From positions 1,426,001 to 1,490,000 of the forward strand of contig OX597826.1 of NCBI GenBank assembly GCA_951406725.2: 64,000 nt of DNA. Reading direction: 5' to 3'. The stretch is from Octopus vulgaris. Lineage: Eukaryota. A program made the position numbers and the translations under genes. Shown piece by piece: positions 38,366-51,117 of the stretch. Every line of letters starts with the position of its first letter. Within the stretch, counting starts at the first letter, position 1. The notes under the pieces are model-generated. The model ran no database searches. It had not been told where the DNA came from and saw only the letters and a program-made list of their open reading frames with translations.

Positions 38366-38924
38366 AAAAAGCAAAGTAAGGACAAATTCTGAAGAAAAAG
38401 AGAGGGGACCCATTCGTCAAAAGTTGTTCATCTCGGTGGAGAATTAAATAGCAACTACCATTAAAAATCGTGCTTGAAGCAGCTAAAAAAAAATAAAGAT
38501 GAAGCAACAGTTATTTGTAAACAGGATATAAAATGTCTTTGTACCTACCCGGGTCGGTACTCGGTTATCAGATTGACTGATAAACAGTGAGAGCAAATCG
38601 AAACTGTGTATGCGGAAATATTGAAATTATTTAAATGAGTCGCGGCTTGCTTTATTATTAGAAGTAAATAATAATAAAAAATGTATTGGAATCACTCCAA
38701 GCACTTAGACTTCATTATTAGTAAAAGGACGGACGTTGGTTTTGCATTATTACCGCACCGCCCTATATTGTAAACTGCATTAGATTACGAAAACATTACA
38801 TAAGCTGGAGGGTGACATAACATTTAAGCTACGACCACAACCCACAGCTAATGGTTTTATTTTTGTTTTAAGGCGAAAACTAAAAAATCTGTTTATTTTT
38901 CCATAGGAAGGGCGGAGTAAATGT

Positions 38925-39195
38925 GATAGACAAGTAAATAGATGGAGTGAGACAGACAGACATAGACAGAAGGACAGAGGTAGACAGATAGACAGACAGA
39001 AGTATACAAATAAGTAGACAGACAGAGATAGATAGTGAGAGAGAGAGACAGATAGATAGAAGCATATAAATAGACAGACAGAAGGACGGATGGAGATTGA
39101 TAGATAGACAGACAGACAGAGATATATAGACGGACAGAAGCATACAGATAGACAGAGATAGATGGATAGTCCAACAAACATATAGACAGACAGAA
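38925..39195. repeat. Degenerate (GATA/GACA)n tetranucleotide satellite
   Basis: Interleaved GATA and GACA units over ~270 bp. Confidence 0.85.
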
Positions 39196-40957
39196 CAATC
39201 GACACGCATTATCTGACTGGTAATTTATTAACCCTCACATGAAAAATAAGGGCCTTGACAGGGTTTAAACTTGATTAAAGGATTACGTGAAACACTCAAC
39301 TAGTTATCTCTTGTGTATGTGGAAGAGACGAAGCCGAATAATTTAAGGGGAAAGACTGGGAACGGTGTGCTTCATGGCTTTTCCTCAACAAGTAGTTAAG
39401 CTTAAGCGAAACAATTCATCTGCAGTTTTCATTTTTATTTACTTACATTTAATTTCTTTTTATTCTATCTTTGGAGCTGGAATTGCTCTTCGGGGCAGAG
39501 CGACAACATTGCGACAAAGTGCATCAAAGACATTTCCTGACGATATTTCTTCGGATTTCTTAGACATATCCACCAAATCTCTTAAATCATTACACTATCG
39601 TCTTACAGAACGAACACATTGGATAATGAAATCCGTATAATACACTGTACTTGAAAAACAAGCTCGGACAGTCACGGCCGGAACGTCTTTTCCCATAAAT
39701 CTGCTGGATTATGGTTCTAACCAATACTGACCATCTGACATGTTGTCATACATTCTGTAAGCAACGACGAAGAATATATATGGAGCGTGTTGTTATTCTG
39801 AATTCAATCCGAAGCCCAACATAGACACTAAATGCATAAGTTTTTCAGGCATCTGATATTTCTATAATACAAAAGAGATTGGGTTACGAAACCTATCTGT
39901 ATCAAATGCAATATGACTAATTTTGAGCTGGTATAAAAGTTGGGCATTATCGATGGCAATCTTTCTCACGGGCACGACCAAATAACTATTGTCTTCACAT
40001 ACAACCAACAGGTTTCGTTTACAATTTGAATGCAGGCTGAGGAAATCGTGACAGCGCTGTTAATGTTTAAACCGAGCTGTTGTGTAGATAGAGAAAATAA
40101 ATACTGGGCTTCAGTTGAATGCATTAACAATGAACAAGAAGTTAATATTTAAAACTTAGGTTAGACACGAGTGAAAACTTCAAGGTGTCTTTTTAATAAT
40201 ATTTTTTGAAGTATATCGAAGACTACACAATCTAATATGTAGTACCTTGTTTATGATAGTACTGTGTGGTTTTGATGAGATTTGCTGGTTGTTTCTAGCA
40301 ATTCCAGCAAAAAGGGGCCCCTCTTTTTGCTTGCAACAAATCACATTTGACACACAGTTTAGTTTGATGATTGTCTTTCAACAAAATCAATTAGTGCACA
40401 ATTTCCGATAGCTTTATGTAGTTTCATGTTGTTAACGTTGCTTTGAAGCATTTTCACATGGGTTTTGAAACACCATTTTGATAAAGAGATACGAACAATG
40501 CATTTCATATGGCATTTTTTTTTCTTTTATTACTAAGACATGAGGTTAATTTCATACGGGGAAGAAACGGAAAACGACTGACCGGATAAAAATAAAACAT
40601 TGATATTGTATCGGATATGTGACAGTGCTAGGCTGCGTCAGTTAAAATGCAAGATAGTGCCATGCAATAAAATCCCAAATGTGACATGCTAGCAACCATT
40701 CTTGAAGGTTGGATATGTAAAGCAACAATACCAGACTAAACACACTGGTATGATGAAAGATGAGACATTCTCCAATGTCTAGGTATATATTTTTCACCGG
40801 ACAACACACATTTTCCCACTAAAATTCATTATCGATCATGAGATCAAAAAATATACGAGAAATGAACTAATAAACTATGAGAATGGAGCCACAAATTTGC
40901 AAGGCGAAGAGGAGAGGAAACAGGATTTTTTAACGTCCAAGTTTTTTTTTTTTTTTT

Positions 40958-41741
40958 GCAGACGACAGAACTAGCTAGGGCAGACGACAGGACTAGCTAG
41001 GGCAGACGAGAGAACTAGCTAGAGCAGACGAGAGAGCTAGCTAGGGCAGACGAGAGAACTAGCTAGAGCAGACGACAGGACTAGCTAGGGCAAACGACAG
41101 GACTAGCTAGGGCAGACGACAGAACTAGCTAGGGCAGACGACAGGACTAGCTAGGGCAGACGACAGGACTAGCTAGGGCAGACGACAGAACTAGCTAGGG
41201 CAGACGAGAGAGCTAGCTAGGGCAGACGAGAGAGCTAGCTAGGGCAGACGAGAGAGCTAGCTAGGGCAGACGAGAGAGCTAGCTAGGGCAGACGAGAGAG
41301 CTAGCTAGGGCAGACGAGAGAGCTAGCTAGGGCAGACGACAGGACTAGCTAGGGCAGACGAGAGAGCTAGCTAGGGCAGACGAGAGAAGCTAGGGCAGAC
41401 GAGAGAACTAGCTAGGGCAGACGAGAGAGCTAGCTAGGGCAGACGAGAGAGCTAGCTAGGGCGGACGAGAGAGCTAGCTAGGGCAGACGAGAGAGCTAGC
41501 TAGGGCAGACGAGAGAGCTAGCTAGGGCAGACGAGAGAGCTAGCTAGGGCAGACGAGAGAGCTAGCTAGGGCAGACGACAGGACTAGCTAGGGCAGACGA
41601 GAGAGCTAGCTAGGGCAGACGAGAGAACTAGCTAGAGCAGACGAGAGAGCTAGCTATGGCAGACGACAGGACTAGCTAGGGCAGACGAGAGAGCTAGCTA
41701 GGGCAGACGAGAGAGCTAGCTAGGGCAGACGACAGGACTAG
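40958..41741. repeat. 22-bp minisatellite, ~35-36 units
   Basis: Unit GCAGACGA(C/G)AG(AA/GA/AG)CTAGCTAG(G/A); preceded by poly-T. Confidence 0.97.
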
Positions 41742-42240
41742 TCCTCGTCAAACAGATTTATCATAAAAGGCATTCCAGTTGTGTGTCTTTCCTATCTTGA
41801 AGGCAGTACAAGCGTGGTATGAGGGAATGTTTGACTACTATTTCTAGTCGGGGATAACGTTAACTTTGTGGCTTCCTCGTTGGGTTCGTTTGTTTCTCAT
41901 CCCCGGGACATTAACAACAAGAGCAATATCGATTCCAAAAAGACACCATGCCAACGATTTACAACTGCAGCATAATTTCTTATTATCTGCCTGTCATAGA
42001 TACAAACTTCTAAGGAACTAAATTGCGATTCCTGGTTGAATTATTTCACTTCTCTAATGTTCATGAGAAAGACATAGATGTCAGAAACACTTTGTTTCTA
42101 TTCTTTCTATTAAATTTGAAGCCTCGGTGTATTGCAGAACGATCGATATTGCAAAACTACCTTGTTGAGTTATTTATAAAACAGAAGAGAAGGAAAAAGA
42201 AAAAGATAGGAAAAGACATTAAAATAGGAAAGGGAATGGC

Positions 42241-42299
<59 letters not shown>

Positions 42300-42560
42300 T
42301 GTGTTATGTAATGGACAGTTCGGAGTTTGCAATGAGCGTCACATGCCACTAGCAATTTAGGAAGTATTTAACATTGTTGACTGTTTTGTCAACTAAAGTG
42401 TGTGCACATTATACACGCACTAACACATGTATACATACACACATATATACCTACATACATACAAATACACGAACACAAATATATATACACACACCAGCAC
42501 ATAATATACGTGCAAGTAATCTATGTATATACACACACACATATATAGACATATTATACG

Positions 42561-42600
<40 letters not shown>

Positions 42601-42872
42601 ACTTTCAAGATATAACAATGTATACACAGTGTGTATGTATATGCTACGTGTATAGAAGAGCATAGTTTCAAGACACTACTGACTATATATAAATACAATA
42701 TTATATGCATAAATTCTCACTCATACATGTAAGCACCCAAACCCTTAAAAAAAAAGGACTGCGGCCCTTTATACTGTTTGAGCCAACAGAAGTTGTGTGA
42801 CCACTGCCTGGAACTGGAAGTGATACGACAGCCACAACACTGTACAATACTATTAAGACATTATACACCACA

Positions 42873-42941
<69 letters not shown>

Positions 42942-43456
42942 GTCTGCTTATTAGCAGAAACAATTTTCTTTCCAAATGCATTGTGCACCAAACTTTTCCA
43001 ATAACACAAGCCACCCAGATAATTAGCATTACTTTTAATGAAACCATTAGCAATTAATTAGCACTGACTATTTCAGTATTTCTTTTTAATAACACTTAAG
43101 CCCATAATTTTAGAATTTTTGTTTCGTCGTCTGGGAGTTGATCCAAAAAATAAAAATGAGAGAAGAAAAAGAAAAAGGATGACGATTGAAACAATTATAT
43201 CTAACATGCCGGCATTTTTGAAGAATGATTGAGCAGCAGAGTCACCGAAATGTCTTTGCAGACAGGCAGGAAGGACATTGTGATTGATATGTGTGTCATT
43301 ACGTATAGCACCATCGTTTGTGTGAAGCATGGAGGGTATCGAAATGTTAAAAGGTGTGTTTCTGAAGGTTGATTGATTGATTGATGATTAAGAAACACTC
43401 ACTGTTGCTTAATCATATATCAATCAATCAACTTTTGTCAACCAAAATGTGTGCAC

Positions 43457-43489
<33 letters not shown>

Positions 43490-43773
43490 GTACACACAGG
43501 ATTGCTTAATTGGGGTATTATTATTAAGTAGACTAAATGGGCTTGTTTTGTTTGTTAATTGAAGCGTGATTAAACGGAGTGGTAATGTTGAGTGATGGGT
43601 GGTCGTGTGTGTGAGAGAGAATTTGGGAAAAGATACAGAAACAAAATAGAATTTAGTCCCCACAGCCCAATAAAGGTGGGTTCGTGCATGAATGTACAGT
43701 AAACTATTTAAAAAAATGTGAGCAGTGTTCGAGCGGGGGGAACACAAATATTGCTGAAGTATCCGAGAAAACT

Positions 43774-43808
<35 letters not shown>

Positions 43809-45495
43809 CATACATACACACACACACATATATATATACACACACACATACATACACACGTGACTATAGACATATATAGACACGTGTATATTCATGAATG
43901 TGTGTGTGTATATATATATATACACACACACAGAGGAACGGATGTAGAGGCGGAAGATTTAAGTGGCCCATAAAATGGGTGTTGACAATGAATGAACAAT
44001 TAAAAACAATATATATATATATAGGCGCGCGCTTTTATTGAGCGATAAGTTTGCACTTATTGAAGGGTAGCAAATTGTAAATGAAGGGTCACAGTCAAAA
44101 TTAATCGGAATCAGTGTGTGTGTGTGTGTGCAGAACTTATTGTATGGATCGCGGGGGGGAGATGAAAAGGCCAAATCGATTTCCGGCGGAATTAATAAAT
44201 AACAATAAATGTATGAAGTCTTTGTAAGGCGGCCACCGACTGTGTTTGCAATTAAGGATTTTGGGAGGGTTTGTTTCATTCTGGGTTTATTGTGGGCCTT
44301 GTTCTGTGCCGTCGTCAATAAAGAACGAGCGGAAAATGTGTCGGAAATTATAAAGAAGAGAAAAATGTGTGGAGGTGTTGGAAGAAAAGTTTTGTTTTGA
44401 CAGGACATGAAAGTAGGGCAGAGTGAGAGAGGGAGGAAGATTATCAGGAGACAGAGACGGAGTAGCAAAATGAGAGAGAGAGAAAAGTTACAAAGAGAGT
44501 GAAAGTATAGAAGAGAGACAGGGAGAGAAAGTGATAAAGTGGAGAGTTAGTAAGAGTGAAACAAACTAGAAAGTTAGAAAGTGAAAGGATACAAGAAAGG
44601 GAGAGAGATAAAGTAGAGAGTTTAGAAAGACAGAGAGAGAGAGAGAGCAAAGATAGAAGACAGAGGGAGGGCTATCGGGGGTGGGTGGGGGGTAGGGTGA
44701 GAAAGGTGACAGGAATAATGAGAAGTGATCGGACGAGAAAGGATCAAATCAAGAGGTAATGATAGAGGGAATGACAGACAGAATCAAGTGGTAATGATAA
44801 AGGAGAAAAATAGGGAGAGAGGGATAAAAAATAAAAATGAGAGGAGAAATTACAGCGAGGGAAAATTAAAAAAAGAAAAAAAGGTGGGTGAAGGACAGAG
44901 AAAATGTTTAGAAGAGAGAAAAGATTTAGTCTGGACAGTGTAAGAGGAGACCCTACTAAGTCCCTTGAATGTATTATTAGAATTTATTCAGCTCTCTCAA
45001 ATCTTACTCTACCGCCTGAAGAAGAAAAAAAGTGGGACACATTAGATAATGTAATCTGAGGTAGAGTATATTTAAAAAGAGAAAAAGAAAAACGTTGGTA
45101 GTTATAACTGGAACACCTTACAAATAAAACATACCTGGAGTTAACGACGAACTAAAGAGGCCACCGCTACGTGGTCGCTTGATCTGCGAGAAATAGCAGT
45201 TAAATCGCAAGGCAAACCCTCTTGTCTTAAAAATGAAAAGGTAACATTGATGTAGTTCAAGCTATATTATGTCTCAATAAGGGCTCACTTAGGAGTTAGA
45301 CAACTCCTTTCGGCTTTATGCTGCTTTCTAAATATCTCTAACCTTAGTCAAGAGAAATTCAGGGACAGAAAATTGAAAAAGTGTAGTGGAAATATAGAGT
45401 TTGGTAATGTGTGTCCATAGCCCAGACCTCCGTGTGGAAATTCTGCAATCCTTAGTAGATACCTACTATAAATCCACAGGCGTTATCTCCAGCGG

Positions 45496-45571
45496 AGGTA
45501 AAGAATACGCACACCACCCGTTTTCGGCGTAACCCTAACTCTAAATAACCGAGTGCTCGTATTCTTTACCT
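45496..45571. mobile_element. Second copy of the ~76-bp hairpin MITE
   Basis: AGGTAAAGAATACG...CGTATTCTTTACCT with internal TAACCCTAAC. Confidence 0.7.
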
Positions 45572-46319
45572 TCGCCAGTATCTTCTGTACAGAATACATA
45601 AACATACATATAAATATGAAAGAAAACTTGCTGGAGATGGGTTATTTTATTAGGACTTTCTAGTTTGCTTTATTCCTCCAGAACCGCCCACCCTTCATAT
45701 TAGTTTCGAGTGTGTGACGAAACCCACCAGACCACCTAAAGAAGAACCACTCTTCGCCTTTTACTTTTCTTTTAAACAGAGACGGAAGAGTAGCTCCCTT
45801 GGCTATTTATTTTTCAAGAATTTCAGGCCTGGTTGGGCAGAAGTTGTTCCCAAACTGGAGGCCTGACAGTTTTGCTAAGAAATCTCAAGGACTGGGAAAA
45901 ACGGATCGAGTCTGTAACTCCTCAAAAAACTGGAATAAGTATTGCAAGAGATTTTGTCTGACGCTCGAACAGTCCTTACAATCCAACGCCCTAAACTGAT
46001 CCTTTCTGAAAGGGTGAAAGGAAAAGTTGACCTGAGCTGAATTTGAACTCGAAACACAGGGACAGAATAAATAGCAATAGAGTAACCCTTCGAGAGACAG
46101 CTTCACGCCGTAAGAGGAAGAAGAAAAAAGTACGCTTCAACAGATAATGTAATCCCTGATACAAAAAAGCAAAAAAAAAAAAAAAAAACGAGATGGTTGC
46201 GATGGTCACGGGTGGAACATCTTCGATCACAACTGACCTGAAGCTAAACAAGAGCATATTGAACGTCTTCAATTCCCCGCCCAAACAAACGATTTTCAAT
46301 AAATGTAAACAGTGTAAAA

Positions 46320-46374
<55 letters not shown>

Positions 46375-48868
46375 ACAGGCACTGAACAGCGATCGATATT
46401 ACTTGCTGAACAACAATCGGGTTATAATATTATTCTATACATTCAATAAGAGACAGACATGTATGTATACACATACACACCAGTCTATATAGTCTTTGCT
46501 TGGCTGCTGATAGTGACGGTTGTTGGTTCTCTTTCTCACCTATTTTTATTATTAATTCCCACCACCCTTCATAGATAGCTAGGTGGTTGGTTAGTAGGAG
46601 AGAGAAGAAACCCATTCTATTGGTTTATTTTCTATTATATACACACACACACACAAGGTGTATGTGCATAAACTTTATTTCTAAAATAGTGTGTTTATGT
46701 GTGTGGAGTGTGAGCGTGTATAAACTTCATTATTTCTATAATGGTTATATATATAATGGTGTGTTAGGTAAGAAAGACAAGCCTTCATCAACAAAACCAG
46801 AGTGCATCTTAAGTAGGGTGGGATGTGCGTGAGGGATTTCGGATTAATGAAATAAAAATAGCAATCAGTTTAACTGTTGAGTCAGCTTGGGTTGTGATGT
46901 AATGAGGAGCAGTCTTTCTTTTCGGTTTTTCTCTTTAAACGTAAACAAATTGTACTTGTCGAAACAAATATACCACACCATAGTACATAGATGTATCTGT
47001 AGCAACCACCTGCTTTCTTTCCTTTGTTTCCCGATTAAGAGACAATGTTTGTAGGCTACAGACATCTCCAAGTACACACACACACACCTCGTTTCTGAAG
47101 TCAAACATTGCAACCACTTCTAATCTCTCTCAGCCCATCTATAAAGAAGCTTTCTCCTATTATTATTATAACAAACGAAATAACGTTCGATGAAGTTTCA
47201 CTGGCCATTCACATACCGTGTCCCATTTTTCTTTTGTGTGTCTCTTGAGTGTAGCATAAAGGTCTCCTTGTATCTTAAATGCAACACACACACGTATGGC
47301 CCTATGAAAATGGCTTAGGTTTTCCTATCTTCTCGTAAACAGTGTATTTAAGGTGCGCGCACACACACACATACATATAGTGAAGCATGTTGATCACCCT
47401 AGCTTTCTATGGCTCGTGCCCTCCTTTTTTTATTGAATGACATTGTTATATATATGTATGTATGTATACACACACATATATATATATATACACATACACA
47501 TATATATAATGAAGCATATTGAGTACCCTAGCTTTCTATAGCTCGTACCCTCCTTTTTTTTTTTTTATTGAAGGACAGAGTGTATACAGCATACATTTAT
47601 TTATCTGTGCATATAAATCATCTCAAGTTCAAAATAAACTGTGTACCTATTTCAAAAGGCACTCAAACCACACACACACACACTGGCGAATCAGCCAAGC
47701 CAAATAGAAACTTTTGAAACCTAAAAACCAATATCTCAATTCACAGAAACTCGTGCCTCTAAACACCAAACTCTAGGGTCATTAAAATGAGAATCCATTT
47801 ATCTGGGCTAAACTCACTTCTACGACCACCCGTAATATGCTCATTTAAAAACCCGAATCTTATACGCCTCGCTTCTCTCATACATACACATATTCCAAAT
47901 ACTACATTTGTTTTAGTATTTCGGGTGTTATCTGAGTACCACACCCTATATTTTGTATTTTGTTATTTTCTTTGTACCTCTCTTCGCCCACCCACCTCGT
48001 GGTTCACATAAATAAAATAAAATTGTACCTGAGATGATAGCAAGTAACAAAACCGGATTTAGCAGTACCTCGCTATCTTTAGTCCAAATCTACCCCACCC
48101 GCACGCTCGGGTATACACACACGCAAACATATTATGCATGTCTGTATCCCTTTATAGATTTATATATAGGTAGGTATATCTATCAATCTATCTATCTATC
48201 TATCTATCTATCCCTTTGTAAATCTACCCATATAGACATACGTGTGTGTGTGTATACCTATCTATATATTTATCCAAACCACTTTCTTATTCTATGCAAT
48301 TAATCTTGTTTCGCCTCAAGCTGGCTCTGATTGTGGAAATCTAATGTTATTATCATCATTATAAAGGCAACTCAACCGTGACTATCCCGTCTTTTGTTAC
48401 CTTGAGGAGAAGGACACATCATCCAATGTGTCTTTACTTCCATCCTCCCCCGCCACTTTTTAAAAACCTTTTAATTCTTATTTTACGACATTAAGGTTGT
48501 GATTTAAGGGAAATTTAGTTGGCATTTCTGGCAATTAAAGGGACCGCGTAAAGGGTTCCCTTGCTGGCTCGCACAATAGATGTGAGATCGAAATGATTCT
48601 CTCTCTCTCTCTCTTACACACAAAACCAATAATTTAATCAGAATTAAGGATCATCTACGAAATATAAAAATAAATCGAACCAAAATGAAATCATTAGCAT
48701 CTTTCTTGGAAACATTCGAACAATTTGGATGGCGACAAAAAGGGAAAGAAACATTAATTCAAGTCATACATTACAACAATAATACAAATAATAGACACAT
48801 GCACACAGAAGGAAGCATATCTGTGTATATACACACATACATACATATATATATACATACATATATAT

Positions 48869-48908
<40 letters not shown>

Positions 48909-48969
48909 AGAAGTTGGCGTCTGAGATATTTCACTTTAAAGGAGGTGAAATATTTCATATAACTTATTG

Positions 48970-49012
<43 letters not shown>

Positions 49013-49222
49013 GAGTAATTGTTTGTTTTAATTGCGTGTGTATAATTTGAAAATGTGCCGAGAGCCGTGTTAACAGATTATATTCACTTTTATTTTACAT
49101 GATTAATAAATTAAATTTTTGTTGGCGATAAAATGTGATGAGTGTATATACAAGCAATTGTCTCTAAATCTATACATAATAGATGTAGAGTGGAACCCCA
49201 TAAACCGGCCTTCCCTATTTAT

Positions 49223-49257
<35 letters not shown>

Positions 49258-49645
49258 AAAACCAGATATTTTTATACCTGTACGTATGTGTATCAATATC
49301 ATTATTATCATTATCATTATTATTTAGAACAGTTCGATCGGTTCGATGCGATTTAAACTTTCTTACTGCAACCTAAACATTTGTCTTAAACATTTGTCTC
49401 CAGCAATATTTAAACCAAACATTATTAAATCGTTCTAAAAACCATTTCAGTTGAACAATAAATAGAAAAACAATCAACTTTTCTAATCAGTAACAAAAAA
49501 TAAAGTATCTGGAAGTTATGATTAATTAATTAATATTAAAGACGTAGTTGGACTCGGATCTAGAAACGACCGTGGCTGGGGAAAGGTTGATGCACATCTA
49601 TATACCCATTATACACACACGCGTATGTATATATTTATATGATGT

Positions 49646-49683
<38 letters not shown>

Positions 49684-49789
49684 TGTTTGGTTCTAAAAAG
49701 AAAAACTAATTAAAGACACAAGAAATAAATCTCCAATTAAATAAATACACAAATATAGTGAAGAGAAAACGAGGTATGTGTGTACTTAC

Positions 49790-50130
49790 TTATTTGTTAG
49801 GATCACAACGACTGAGGAATAGAAATCCTTTAAGGGTCCACACCAACCCATTCGGCTCACATCCACTTTTGTCTTGGCTGTTTTTCTGTATTTTTGGGGA
49901 TTTGTGAAAGGGGGGGGAGGTGGACCTTTTTTTTTTTTCTTTTTGTTTGACGAATGTAAAAAAAATATTATTATTTAAACAGCTGAATTTTTTTTCTTTT
50001 CGTGTAATCTCTCCTCCTGGTTATATAATTTTTTACTTATTAATAATAAGTTTATTATTATTATTATTAAATTTCCACTGCGGCCTTTTTCCAGTCACTA
50101 CAACGAGACAAGGTAATCACCGTCGGCGAA
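49790..50130 (-). other. Candidate distal non-coding first exon (P1) of the 4.1 gene; 5' end approximate
   Basis: Consensus donor AA|GTAAGT at 49789; CpG-retaining context; the last phase-0 codon is TAA, so it would be 5'UTR; only a short out-of-frame uORF (MGWCG...). Confidence 0.5.
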
Positions 50131-50560
50131 AGAGACAGAGAAAGACAGACAGCGACGAGCGGGAGGGAGGGAGAGCGGTGGTGGTGGTTGAGAAAGAGAG
50201 AGAAAGACAGACAGTGACGAGCGGGAGGGAGAGCGGCGGCGGTGGTGGTTGAGAGAAAGACAGACAGTGACGAGGGGGAGGGAGAGCGGCGGTGGTGGTG
50301 GTTAAACGAGAGAGAAAGAGAGAAAGACAGATAGTGACGAGGGGGAGGGAGAGCGGTGGTGGTGGTTAAACGAGAGAGAAAGAGAGATAAAAGGTAACAA
50401 CAGACGTTAGCTGAGAAACAGCTGCAACGATTGGTCTATTTTGTTAGTTGGCAACCAATGAAACGGCTCTGTTTAAAACCGTGCCAACTGCTCATCTCGC
50501 ACCCGCTATCTTTGGCGTTTAACATTGACTCAGAAATTCAGTCACAACAACCACCGACTC
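50130..50560. promoter_or_regulatory. Putative promoter region upstream of P1
   Basis: CpG-rich; two opposed CCAAT boxes (GATTGG ~50429, CCAAT ~50455); purine-rich GA/GGT repeat block; TGACTCA (AP-1-like) at ~50526. Confidence 0.4.
50135..50390. repeat. Imperfect purine-rich tandem repeat (~50-60 bp x4)
   Basis: Units GAGAAAGACAGACAGTGACGAG(C)GGGAGGGAGAGCGG(T/C)GGTGGTGGTT. Confidence 0.85.
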
Positions 50561-50679
50561 ACTCGACTGTGTGTGTGTGTGTCTGTGTCTGTGTGTGTGT
50601 GTGTATATAAATGTGTGTGTGTATATAGATGTGTGTGTATGGTCAGTATGGGATTCAGTACATAATATATATTCATTAG

Positions 50680-51050
50680 ACGGTGGCCATGCTGGAGCAC
50701 CACTTTGAATAAGTTTCAGTCCAATGAATCGACCTCAACACACTTTTTAAAGCTTCGTACTTAAACTATCAGTCTCTCTTGCCGAACCGCTAGGTTACGG
50801 AGATGTAAACACATCAACACCGGTTGCCAAGTGGTGGTAGGGGGACAAAGAGACATACACAAGCGCACGCGCACACACACACACACACATACACGACAGG
50901 CTTCTTTCTGTTTCCGTCTACCAAATCCACTCAAGGCTTTGGTTGGCCCATGGCTATAGTCGGAGACAAGGTACCACACTGGTACTGAACCCGGGTCCAT
51001 ATGGTTGGGAAGCAAACTTCTTACCACACACACAGCCAGGCATGCGCCTG
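50680..51050 (-). mobile_element. SINE family A
   Basis: Full-length similarity to family A. Confidence 0.85.
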
Positions 51051-51117
51051 TATAGAATTCTTTTTTGGGAATGTTGAATCTCAAAACAGATAAGCTATAA
51101 ATATTAACGTATAAATA

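Noticed and set aside
40958-41741. CRISPR-like array
   Set aside because: Units are contiguous with no unique spacers, there are no cas genes, and the context is a eukaryotic intron.
47212-47280. Minus-strand donor ACG|GTATGT with upstream ATGs as a coding first exon
   Set aside because: The ATG frames end in phase 1 or 2, incompatible with the phase-0 exon at 23917; no other support.
47381-47577. ~60-bp local duplication separated by a microsatellite (also a 21-bp duplication at ~25023-25065)
   Set aside because: Ordinary slippage duplications with no functional signature.
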